The translations under genes were made by a program, and so were the position numbers. A DNA stretch of 22,890 nt from Campylobacterota bacterium (GTDB lineage: Bacteria > Campylobacterota > Campylobacteria > Campylobacterales > Sulfurovaceae). Below are positions 8,134-16,594 of the stretch, piece by piece. Location: assembly GCA_034722955.1 (NCBI GenBank), contig JAYEOM010000020.1, positions 1-22,890 on the forward strand. The letters run 5' to 3'. How positions within the stretch are numbered: position 1 is the stretch's first letter; the number at the start of each line of letters is the position of its first letter. The notes beneath the pieces are model-generated. The model ran no database searches. It worked only from the letters and a program-made list of their open reading frames with translations, and was not told the DNA's origin.

Positions 8134-9018
8134 TTACTTCAATGTATTTAGGTATGTTGCCAATGCTTTCTCTTGCACTGGAGTCAATCTGCCCTTAAAT
8201 GATGGCATACCACCGAGAGCACCCTTTTTACCATTTTCAAGTACGAGTTTTACCAATGTATCATCATACTCTATAAGATTTGGAGATTGACCGCTATTTC
8301 CTTTGCCATCAGCACCATGACAACCTGCACATACACCGAAAGAGGCAGGCTGTTCACCCTTCATACCACCAGCAACATAAGCTGCGATAGCTTCAGCATC
8401 AGCTCCGCTAGCCATAGCACCAGGCATTGCACCCATAGGGTATTTCAACTGATCAGAACCATTTTTGATCACATCGAGAACCTGCTCTTTTGTCATCCTG
8501 CCAGTAAAGTCATGTGCTTTGCCGGAGAGTCCATCACCAGTTTCACCATGACAAGGTGCACACTGTACTAAGAAGATAGATTCACCCATCTGCTGAAGCG
8601 TTGCCGCATCTGCATTTTTGTGAACCTCTTCAAACTTGGCATTGTATGCCAATACCTCTTCATTGTATTGACCAATCTGACTAAATCCATTGACAGGATA
8701 ACCCCAGATCATATACCACATTGCCCAAACCATAGTACCAAAAAATGACCATGCCCAACCAGAAGGAAGTTCATTTTTATACTCACCTATACCATCCCAG
8801 TTCTCATCAGCAAGTTCACCTGATGCTGTATCTGTCTTCATCTGGTTGATGTATTTGATCGATACACCGACTGTCAATACTGCAATTGCAATTGCACCGA
8901 TTATCGTGATCATGTTGATAGGATCACTGAGATCAATGTTCATGGACTTAACAACTGCAATCGTAGCACCGATCAGTATCGCTGCAAAGACAAGTCCTTT
9001 TATCATTAACGCATTCAT
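8134..9018 (-). CDS. ccoP: cbb3-type cytochrome c oxidase subunit III (dihaem c)
   Basis: WDGIGEYKNELP motif and two CxxCH haem sites (CAPCH, CAGCH). Operon position. Confidence 0.96.
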   Translation of the reverse strand: MNALMIKGLVFAAILIGATIAVVKSMNIDLSDPINMITIIGAIAIAVLTVGVSIKYINQMKTDTASGELADENWDGIGEYKNELPSGWAWSFFGTMVWAMWYMIWGYPVNGFSQIGQYNEEVLAYNAKFEEVHKNADAATLQQMGESIFLVQCAPCHGETGDGLSGKAHDFTGRMTKEQVLDVIKNGSDQLKYPMGAMPGAMASGADAEAIAAYVAGGMKGEQPASFGVCAGCHGADGKGNSGQSPNLIEYDDTLVKLVLENGKKGALGGMPSFKGRLTPVQEKALATYLNTLK

Positions 9019-9233
9019 TTATTTTGCTCCTCGTTTTCGCTTTGAGTTTTAGGATTTTTCTCTATGGGTGTACTGTCGATCTCATCGTCCAGTGCAATAT
9101 TCCCATATTTTTCATAATCCTTCTCACCCTTTTTTTCACTCCTGTAGAGATGGACTATATATCCATACAATACAATTACCAAAAAGATAGTCATAAAAAA
9201 GTTGGCATAACCTTGAATATTTCTTATGTCCAC
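9015..9233 (-). CDS. ccoQ: cbb3-type cytochrome c oxidase subunit CcoQ
   Basis: Small one-TM protein with DYEKYGNIALDD between ccoO and ccoP. GTG start with SD AGGA; ATGA overlap with ccoP. Confidence 0.92.
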   Translation of the reverse strand: MDIRNIQGYANFFMTIFLVIVLYGYIVHLYRSEKKGEKDYEKYGNIALDDEIDSTPIEKNPKTQSENEEQNK

Positions 9234-9244
9234 TCTATATCCTG

Positions 9245-9910
9245 TTACTTCAATCTGTTCATATAAGCAATCAATGCGACAATCTCAGGAATATTTCCTG
9301 CCTCTACGGCATCTTTCACATCTTGATTTTTCATATCGGCAGCTATAAGTTTCGCTTCAGCAATAACTTTTGGTCTGTGTGCATCCCAAGCTGCTCTTGT
9401 ACCTACAAACTCATCACCATAAGGAGTAGCAAATACATTTTTAACTGTAACAACTTCAGCGTAAGCTGTCTCTATATCAGCAATATTTGTAAACTGATGT
9501 TTATATGCTGGCATGATTGATTGTGGTACTACCGATGTAGGATCCCACATATGGTTCTCATGCCAATCTGTCGTTCTGTAGTTACCTACACGGTGAAGAT
9601 CGGGACCTGTTCTCTTGGAGCCCCAAAGAAATGGCCTATCATAGGCATACTCACCCGAAAGCGAAACTTGACCATATCTGTCTGTCTCAGACTTGAACGG
9701 TCTGATCAACTGTGAGTGACACGCAATACAAGCATCTTTCTTGTAAACATTTTTTCCGGCAAGCTCAAGAACCGTATAAGGCTTAAGCCCTGCAACCGGG
9801 CGAGATGCCTCAGCAAAGTTTGGCAAGATCTCAACAAGACCTGCAAATGCGATAACGACAAATACTCCTACAGAGAAGAAGAATGGATTTTTTTCTAACC
9901 AATGAAACAT
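9245..9910 (-). CDS. ccoO: cbb3-type cytochrome c oxidase subunit II (monohaem c)
   Basis: CIACHSQLIRPF, LWGSKRTGPDL and SIMPAY motifs. SD AGGAGG. Confidence 0.98.
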   Translation of the reverse strand: MFHWLEKNPFFFSVGVFVVIAFAGLVEILPNFAEASRPVAGLKPYTVLELAGKNVYKKDACIACHSQLIRPFKSETDRYGQVSLSGEYAYDRPFLWGSKRTGPDLHRVGNYRTTDWHENHMWDPTSVVPQSIMPAYKHQFTNIADIETAYAEVVTVKNVFATPYGDEFVGTRAAWDAHRPKVIAEAKLIAADMKNQDVKDAVEAGNIPEIVALIAYMNRLK

Positions 9911-9924
9911 AATAACCTACCTCC

Positions 9925-11394
9925 TTATGCCATAGGTGATCTAAATGTAAGACTACTTCCATCAATCTCTTTGGATGAAGTCATTGTTTTGATCATATTG
10001 TATGCGAACATAAAGAATCCTACAAGGTAAAGTACACCTGAAAGGGCTCTAATAGCATAGTAAGGCTGAAGTACTGCAACTGTATCGATGAATGAATACA
10101 TCAAGTTACCATACTCATCAACCGCTCTCCACATCATACCCTGTGTGATTCCTGCGATCCACATAGAGGTAAAGTAGAGAACAACAGCTGTTGTTTGAAG
10201 CCAGAATTGAGTCTCCAACAATTTCTTGGAGTAGATCTCTCTATTGAACATTCTAGGAGCCATATGGAAGAGTGCTGCCATAATCATAAAGACAACCCAA
10301 CCAAGTACACCATCGTGAACATGTCCAGGTATCCAGTCTGTAAAGTGTGCAATTGCATTGACTGACTTGATCGCCTGGATAGGACCTTCGAGAGTAGAGA
10401 GCATATAGAATGTAGATGCCAATACCATAAACTTGATCAGTGGGTTTTCAGTCAACTGATTCCACTCACCCTTCATAGTAAGGAGCATATTGATTGCACT
10501 ACCCCAAGATGGAAGGATAAGAACTACAGAGAATACCGATCCCATTGTCTGCATCCAGTCAGGAACAGTAGAGTAGAGAAGGTGGTGAGAACCAGCCCAA
10601 AGATATACAAACATCAATCCCCAGAAAGAGAGCAATGAGAGCTTATAAGAGTAGATCGCTTGACCAGACTCTTTTGGAAGGAAGTAGTAGATCATAGCAA
10701 CGATAGGCACAGTAAACCCAAATGCAACTGCGTTATGTCCATACCACCACTGTACCAATGCATCATTTGTACCTGAATACATAGAGACTGAGTGCATAAT
10801 ACTGCCAAGACCATCTGTCAAAAAGTAAGTAGGAACTGCCATATTGTTAAAGAGATAAAGCATAGCTATACCCAGGAATGTAGCTATATAATACCACATA
10901 GAGATATATAGACTCTTCTCTCTTCTAATCCCAATAAGACCAAAGAGTGAGATACCCCAGCTTACCCAAATCAGAACAACAACTATATCTAATGGCCACT
11001 CATACTGTGCATACTCTTTAGACTGACTATACCCCATAAGTAGAGAAATAGTTGCCAAGAGTGCACCCACAAAGTAGAGCCAAAAGTGAAACTTGCCCAC
11101 AAACATGAGAAATTTCGACTCTGCCATAGAGACCTTGAGTACTCTCTGTCCGACATAATAGAATGTCGCAAAGACACCACTCAGTGTAAATCCAAAGATT
11201 ACTGTATTTGTATGAACTGGTCTTAGTCTTGAGAATGTACCATACTCACCCAACATATAGTTAAGCTCCGGAAAAGCCATTTGAGCCGCGATAAGCGTAC
11301 CAATTATCATACCCAATATTCCAAACAAAATTGTCGTATATGTAAACAGTTTTGCTACAGAATAATCATATTCCAATGCTGCATTTGATTGCAT
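9925..11394 (-). CDS. ccoN: cbb3-type cytochrome c oxidase subunit I, 489 aa
   Basis: RLRPVHTN, QWWYGHNAVAF, WAGSHHLLY and HFTDWIPGHVH motifs. Start moved to ATG 11394 (MQSNAALEYDY), which has SD AAGGGGG. Confidence 0.98.
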   Translation of the reverse strand: MQSNAALEYDYSVAKLFTYTTILFGILGMIIGTLIAAQMAFPELNYMLGEYGTFSRLRPVHTNTVIFGFTLSGVFATFYYVGQRVLKVSMAESKFLMFVGKFHFWLYFVGALLATISLLMGYSQSKEYAQYEWPLDIVVVLIWVSWGISLFGLIGIRREKSLYISMWYYIATFLGIAMLYLFNNMAVPTYFLTDGLGSIMHSVSMYSGTNDALVQWWYGHNAVAFGFTVPIVAMIYYFLPKESGQAIYSYKLSLLSFWGLMFVYLWAGSHHLLYSTVPDWMQTMGSVFSVVLILPSWGSAINMLLTMKGEWNQLTENPLIKFMVLASTFYMLSTLEGPIQAIKSVNAIAHFTDWIPGHVHDGVLGWVVFMIMAALFHMAPRMFNREIYSKKLLETQFWLQTTAVVLYFTSMWIAGITQGMMWRAVDEYGNLMYSFIDTVAVLQPYYAIRALSGVLYLVGFFMFAYNMIKTMTSSKEIDGSSLTFRSPMA

Positions 11395-11449
11395 GCAATA
11401 CCCCCTTAAAAAAATTGCTAATAGCCTAATCAAATAGACTAAACGGTGA

Positions 11450-11529
11450 ATTATAAGATGATTTAATGAAAAAAAAGCTTAAGTACTAAGCTTTTAAATG
11501 AAATGGCATTATTTAAGTTTTAGTTAAAT
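11450..11529 (-). promoter_or_regulatory. Putative ccoN promoter with two inverted-repeat operator candidates
   Basis: Minus-strand TATAAT at 11450-11455. IR AAAAGCTTA-N5-TAAGCTTTT at 11473-11495. IR ATTTAA-N7-TTAAAT at 11511-11529. Confidence 0.5.
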
Positions 11530-11637
11530 AAATTTGTTTAAAATTCCCAAAGGGATAGGGTTAAATAGGAGCTTTATTGTCGTATTAACTCTATCCTAGA
11601 GAGAGGCTTGGGTAATCTACAGAGAAATTCTGCTATA

Positions 11638-12057
11638 TTATCTGATTTTTGAAGGAGTGTTTGTCCGCACACAACGAACTCTACGGTCATAACCTTTGCC
11701 GTTGGCATCTGTCGCACCATCCTTAAAATCTATACCCCAAACTTTATCTGGATCTCCCATATATTGAGTAGATGACCAGTAGTAGTTCGACTCTGCTATA
11801 CTAAAACCGTCCAATATAGCTGGGTCATATTTTTTATAATCAATAATTGAGAGCAACTCTTTGATCGTTGGAATACGCCAGTCATCATAGTTTCCCAACC
11901 TCATCTCTCTGCATAGTTTCTCTGCTTGGGCATAGGTCACTCTCTGCGACTCTGCAAAGCGGTTATCCTGCCAAATTAGACCTGTACGATCATCTTGAGC
12001 CATATCACCCGCTATCAACAGACCGGTAGCCGATAGAATAAATAGTAATTTTTTCAT
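11638..12057 (-). CDS. Secreted DUF1566 (Lcl C-terminal, C-type-lectin-like) protein
   Basis: Signal peptide MKKLLFILSATGLLIA. Motifs DDRTGLIWQ, DDWRIPTIKEL, YYWSST and VRCVR. SD AGGAG and extended -10 TGTTACAAT (12083-12091). Confidence 0.88.
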   Translation of the reverse strand: MKKLLFILSATGLLIAGDMAQDDRTGLIWQDNRFAESQRVTYAQAEKLCREMRLGNYDDWRIPTIKELLSIIDYKKYDPAILDGFSIAESNYYWSSTQYMGDPDKVWGIDFKDGATDANGKGYDRRVRCVRTNTPSKIR

Positions 12058-12128
12058 AAAATCTCCTAGAATAATTTTATATATTGTAACAGAATAACTT
12101 TATACTATAAATTAAATTTTACTATCTT

Positions 12129-13169
12129 CTATGCTTTTCCTTTTGCGCTCTGTATAGAGTGTATATATTGATAATCTATCTCTATTCTCTTCTCTCTAGG
12201 CAGATTTTTTGCCAATCTCTCTACCATACCCTCAAAATCTTCGAAGAGATAGTTTGCCATCGATCCAGGGATCGGGTTGATCTCATTTAGCATCACTTCA
12301 CCATCAACGACAAAAAAATCACAACGGATTATACTACCCAAAAAGAGAGGATCGTAGATCTTTTTGAAACATTCACCTATATCATCTCTTAGGCTATCAC
12401 TGATATCTGCTGCCAATACTTGACTATCTCGTGCAAAATCCATATATTTTTTCTCAAAGTCAAGAAACTTCTCCTTCTGAGGCTCCTCAACTATAGAGAG
12501 TTCCCATATTTCTGTTTTGCATCCTGCTTGGTTGTACTCTTTGACACCATCTAGAAAGGGTTCTATCACCACATCACTGTCAAACTCAAAGGCTACATCC
12601 AGAGCATAATCCAACTCTTGAGGCTCTCTAGCTATAGTCACACCGATACTACTGCCAAGTCTCACAGGTTTGACGATCATAGGATAAGAGAGTGTTACAA
12701 CACGATCATCATTTTTGGAGAGGTGCTGATAGGGTACAACCCTGACCCCTAAGCTTTCAGCCAAAAGTTTTGTATATAGTTTGTTGTAGCTCAATGCAGA
12801 TGCTTCCATCCTAGGAGAGATAAAAGCAGTACCATAAAACTCCATCAGTGAAGCAACTTTTCCATCCTCTCCGTCACGCCCATGGATGAGATTGAGCAGG
12901 ACATCCAGAGATATCTCTCTGCTCCCAAACATACCTTCGGCGAAGAACCCACCTCTTTTCAGTATCAGTTTTTTACCCCTCTTGTACTCACCTGAGCTGA
13001 AGAGTTTGGACTTCATAGCACTACCCTCTATGAGGTAAAAATCGCGATCTCTATCTACAAATATAAAAATCAAACTACTCTTGCTCAAAACCTTTTTCAT
13101 TGTGATTGCACTCACGATACTGATCTCATGTTCAAAACTAGATCCACCAAACAAAACTGCTATCTTCAT
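12129..13169 (-). CDS. ddl: D-alanine--D-alanine ligase
   Basis: FGGSSFEHEISIVSA, IHGRDGEDG, VKPVRLGSSIG, FEKKY and LNEINPIPG motifs. TGATAAAAT -10 at 13200-13208. Confidence 0.96.
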   Translation of the reverse strand: MKIAVLFGGSSFEHEISIVSAITMKKVLSKSSLIFIFVDRDRDFYLIEGSAMKSKLFSSGEYKRGKKLILKRGGFFAEGMFGSREISLDVLLNLIHGRDGEDGKVASLMEFYGTAFISPRMEASALSYNKLYTKLLAESLGVRVVPYQHLSKNDDRVVTLSYPMIVKPVRLGSSIGVTIAREPQELDYALDVAFEFDSDVVIEPFLDGVKEYNQAGCKTEIWELSIVEEPQKEKFLDFEKKYMDFARDSQVLAADISDSLRDDIGECFKKIYDPLFLGSIIRCDFFVVDGEVMLNEINPIPGSMANYLFEDFEGMVERLAKNLPREKRIEIDYQYIHSIQSAKGKA

Positions 13170-13214
13170 CTATACTATTCCTTTGGACTTATTGATGACA
13201 TTTTATCATATTTA

Positions 13215-13550
13215 TCAAAAAACCAGCCAATTCTCCATATTGAAGGCATCTTGGGTCATAGGCATACTCCTCCAGCCATTGCTCTCTAGGTACATCACAC
13301 GCCCACCAAAATATCCTACTGCATACCGCTCTTTAAAGAGAGGAAAGGCTCCTGAGTGCAGAAGATGAAAGATCTCTTCATAGCACTTGGGCTCACGATA
13401 AAACTCAAAATTGATCTGATGTATAGCCTCTAGTGCTGCATGCAGCATCTCATTGGCGAACATGGATCTACTCAAGAGATAGTACGAGGGGTAACTCACC
13501 GCCGGATCACTCATAATGTCTGAAATATATAGTCGCTCTTTTTTATTCAT
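13215..13550 (-). CDS. Hypothetical protein, 111 aa
   Basis: ATG-started ORF filling the trmA-ddl gap on the co-directional strand, with TATACT 6 nt upstream. No family recognised. Confidence 0.7.
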   Translation of the reverse strand: MNKKERLYISDIMSDPAVSYPSYYLLSRSMFANEMLHAALEAIHQINFEFYREPKCYEEIFHLLHSGAFPLFKERYAVGYFGGRVMYLESNGWRSMPMTQDAFNMENWLVF

Positions 13551-13619
13551 GCTAAAAGTATAGGGGAGATCTCAGATGAGAGAGGAGATTATGTCAAATT
13601 GCAATATCAAGTTATCGGG

Positions 13620-14732
13620 CTATCTTCTCCTCAGGAAAACCCCACTCTCTATATGAGGAGTGTGTGGGAATTGGTCGAAGATAGCACTCTCTTCTACCTG
13701 GTGGGTTAGCTCCAATATCTTCAAATCTCTCGCTAGTGTCTCAGGGTTGCAAGATATGTATATGATATGATCAATCCCGCAGATCAATCCTATAGTCCCC
13801 TCATCCAGACCGGCTCTAGGAGGATCGACCAAGACTGTAGAGAAGTTATATCCATCCAGATCTACACCCTTGAGCCTGGTAAACTCACGAACTTTACCTA
13901 ATGCCTCAGTCATCTCCTCGGATGATAGGCGTACAAAGGTGATATTATCTATACTATTTATGAGGCAATTCTCCTGTGCAGCATAGATAGATCTCTTGCT
14001 GACCTCTGTTGCCAATACTTTGTCAAAATAGCTAGAGAGAGGTATAGTGAAATTGCCCAAACCGCAATAGCTCTCTAGAAAATCCCCTCCTCCTACTCTC
14101 TTGACCTGTGATATCGCCCACTCTATCATCTTGATATTGAGAGTGGGGTTTGGCTGTGTAAAACCACTCTCATACTGTAGATATGTCACCTCTGTGCCAT
14201 CTATCTCCAGCTTCTCTGTGACAAAATCATCAGAGAGTATCACCTTCTGCTTGCGACTTCTACCCATGATCTTGCAATCTAGCCAAGACTCCAATCCTCT
14301 AGCCTCCTCTTCCCACTCGCTATCTAATCTCTTATGATATAGCATAGTGATCAGACACTCATCTGTAGTAGTGACCAGAAACTCAATAGCAAAAAGTTTT
14401 CTTTTCAGCAGACTCGATCTATTGATCTTCTCCAGAAGAGTCCACATCCTCTTTTCGATTCCGCTGATAACCTTTGGACACTCTGTGATGGTTACCGCAC
14501 CATTTTTATCTAGATTGCCCATAGCGTAGTCACATCTATCACCATCATGCCAAATACGGAACTCAGCTCTAGCCCGATAGTGATCTTCAGGAGAGTCAAA
14601 ACAACTCAATGCTCCTTGATAAAAAGGAGCCAGCAACTCACCTACGCGAACCTCTTTCTCCTTGAGTTGTGTTGTATAGTCTATCTCATAGAGACTGCAA
14701 GAGCCACAACTTCCAAAATGTTTACAATCCAA
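13620..14732 (-). CDS. trmA: tRNA (uridine54-C5)-methyltransferase, TrmA-like
   Basis: HYRARAEFRIWH, FTQPN, LESYCGLGNFTIPL, VDPPRAG, YISCNPETL (catalytic Cys) and DQFPHTPHIE motifs. TTG start with SD AGGGA. Confidence 0.88.
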   Translation of the reverse strand: MDCKHFGSCGSCSLYEIDYTTQLKEKEVRVGELLAPFYQGALSCFDSPEDHYRARAEFRIWHDGDRCDYAMGNLDKNGAVTITECPKVISGIEKRMWTLLEKINRSSLLKRKLFAIEFLVTTTDECLITMLYHKRLDSEWEEEARGLESWLDCKIMGRSRKQKVILSDDFVTEKLEIDGTEVTYLQYESGFTQPNPTLNIKMIEWAISQVKRVGGGDFLESYCGLGNFTIPLSSYFDKVLATEVSKRSIYAAQENCLINSIDNITFVRLSSEEMTEALGKVREFTRLKGVDLDGYNFSTVLVDPPRAGLDEGTIGLICGIDHIIYISCNPETLARDLKILELTHQVEESAIFDQFPHTPHIESGVFLRRR

Positions 14733-14787
14733 TCTTTATCCCTAACTTCACATATAATTTCAAAATGAGTATACTGTTATTCGGAGG

Positions 14788-15918
14788 TCAACTCAGCATC
14801 TTTGCAAAATCAGTGAATATATAGGCACTCTCATGCGGTCCTGGGCTTGACTCTGGGTGGTGTTGCACTGACATGACTGGTGCATCGTTGTAGCTCAGAC
14901 CCTCTATAGTGTTGTCAAATAGATTGGTATGGGTGACTGTCGCTACCTCGGTGATATCGTCAGGTACATTATAGTTGTGATTTTGGGCTGTTATCTCTAC
15001 TGTTCCTTTGGCTTCATTTTTGACAGGGTGGTTTCCTCCATGGTGACCAAACTTGAGCTTGTAGGTATCGTATCCATGAGATATAGATAGGAGTTGATGA
15101 CCAAGGCAGATGCCAAACAGCGGTATCTTTGCAGCGATGAGTTTTTTGATCTTCGCTTGTTCCTCTTTGAGTATCAGAGGATCGCCCGGACCATTGGAGA
15201 GGAATACACCATCGATCTCTCTGGCTTCATATCGACTGATGATAGCCTCAGCCCCCATAGAGTTGGGTACTACCTCTACCTCCATACCTGCATGTGTCAA
15301 CTCATTGAGGATATTTCTCTTGATTCCAAAGTCGAGAGCTATGATCTTTTTATCTGTTTTGGGTGCTTCATACAGAAAATCCATCGCGTTATAACGAGCT
15401 TGCTTATGTATGTAGGACTCTTTGGTGCTGACCTGCTCTATATAGTTGACATCTTCTATCCGTGGAGAGGAGTTTAGTATCTCTCTGAGTTCATCTATAT
15501 CGTGTGTCTGAGTGGAGGCTATCATCATCATAGCACCCTCATCTCTCAGCATCTTAGTCAAAAAACGGGTATCGATCTCACAAATACCCATCACTCCATG
15601 CTCCTCTAGGAGTCTATGAAGAGTCTCTTGAGATCTGAAGTTTGAAGGTCTTGACTGATAACTTCGTACAATGATCCCCTTGCAGTAGGCACCACCGCTC
15701 TCCATATCCTGCTCATTGCATCCGACATTGCCGATCTCAGGCATTGTAAATGTCACAAACTGCCCTGCATAGCTAGGATCTGTAACGATCTCTTGGTATC
15801 CGGTCATAGATGTGTTGAAGACGATCTCACCGACACTTGTGCCTCTAGCACCAAAGCTCTCTGCTTCGAGGGTCACTCCATTTTCAAAGTAGAGTGTAAC
15901 CTTTTCACGACTCGGCAT
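14788..15918 (-). CDS. carA: Carbamoyl-phosphate synthase small subunit, 376 aa
   Basis: GEIVFNTSMTGYQE, SNGPGDP, GICLGHQ and QHHPE motifs. Start moved to ATG 15918, 6 nt after SD AAAGGA. Confidence 0.97.
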   Translation of the reverse strand: MPSREKVTLYFENGVTLEAESFGARGTSVGEIVFNTSMTGYQEIVTDPSYAGQFVTFTMPEIGNVGCNEQDMESGGAYCKGIIVRSYQSRPSNFRSQETLHRLLEEHGVMGICEIDTRFLTKMLRDEGAMMMIASTQTHDIDELREILNSSPRIEDVNYIEQVSTKESYIHKQARYNAMDFLYEAPKTDKKIIALDFGIKRNILNELTHAGMEVEVVPNSMGAEAIISRYEAREIDGVFLSNGPGDPLILKEEQAKIKKLIAAKIPLFGICLGHQLLSISHGYDTYKLKFGHHGGNHPVKNEAKGTVEITAQNHNYNVPDDITEVATVTHTNLFDNTIEGLSYNDAPVMSVQHHPESSPGPHESAYIFTDFAKMLS

Positions 15919-15964
15919 TTTGCATCCTTTCATTTAGTGGAAGGCTTGCATTGGACTTTAACAT
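15905..15964 (-). CDS. Candidate uORF/leader peptide MLKSNASLPLNERMQNAES*, overlapping the carA start out of frame
   Basis: SD GGGAGG (15973-15978) lies 8 nt before ATG 15964. The stop TGA at 15905-15907 is inside carA. The frame extends to ATG 16003, which overlaps the DUF507 stop (TAATG). Confidence 0.3.
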   Translation of the reverse strand: MLKSNASLPLNERMQNAES

Positions 15965-16001
15965 TAAAAGTGCCTCCCTGCATTGAATTTCAATTCTTAC
16001 C

Positions 16002-16010
16002 ATTATAGCA
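16002..16010 (-). promoter_or_regulatory. Extended -10 promoter (TGCTATAAT) for carA, overlapping the DUF507 stop codon
   Basis: Perfect TGnTATAAT on the minus strand, implying a 5' UTR of about 75-80 nt. Confidence 0.7.
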
Positions 16011-16554
16011 TTCCCCTTTTTGATAACTCTTCTTGATATAGTCGCTCATACAGCAGCTCATAATCCTGTGTACCAGGGATCACTTCCCTCTCCATATGTC
16101 TGATCTTTGCATATACGATATCATCTATCTGATCATATGCATCAGCAAAAGCTTTGAATGCTTTGAAGATGACATTTTTGATCTGATTTTCATTGACTTC
16201 GTACTCGATGAGATAGTTTTCGTAGAGTTCATCTAGAATCGTATGTGCCAAATCATTGTAGCGATCATCATAATTCATAATGACACCATGCTCCGCTGCC
16301 ATCCTCTTTTTTATCATAAAAAATAGTTGACGCTCATCTGCATGCTGAAACTCGATCTCATCATAATTATCATCAATAATATCTTTGACCTTTTCATCGA
16401 GAGCATGCTCTTTTTCCAGATTTTTATCGATAATTTTTTTTATCGCTTCAACAGCAGCATCTCTACCTTTTGACATCGTAATAAACGGTGCATTTGCAAG
16501 ATCGATGCCGATCTTTGTTGCGACATACCCTGTCTGTTGTGGTTTTAATCTCAT
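16003..16554 (-). CDS. DUF507-family protein
   Basis: LFFMIKKRMAAEHGVIM and IPGTQDYELLYERLYQEELSKRG resemble DUF507. Position upstream of carA as in other Campylobacterota. SD AGGGGAG. Confidence 0.85.
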   Translation of the reverse strand: MRLKPQQTGYVATKIGIDLANAPFITMSKGRDAAVEAIKKIIDKNLEKEHALDEKVKDIIDDNYDEIEFQHADERQLFFMIKKRMAAEHGVIMNYDDRYNDLAHTILDELYENYLIEYEVNENQIKNVIFKAFKAFADAYDQIDDIVYAKIRHMEREVIPGTQDYELLYERLYQEELSKRGML

Positions 16555-16594
16555 AATGAACTCCCCTGAATCAATAATTTATCATTTTCATGAC

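Noticed and set aside
11434..12128. Diversity-generating retroelement around the DUF1566 gene
   Set aside because: No reverse transcriptase and no template/variable repeat pair is visible in the window.
12129..13169. Vancomycin-resistance-type D-Ala-D-Lac ligase
   Set aside because: The omega-loop Tyr (FEKKY) is retained and no vanH/vanX neighbours are present, so it is an ordinary Ddl.
13582..13656. Plus-strand GAGGAG followed by ATG 13591 (21-aa ORF antisense to the trmA 3' end)
   Set aside because: The SD-ATG spacing is only 3 nt and the peptide is featureless; likely chance.
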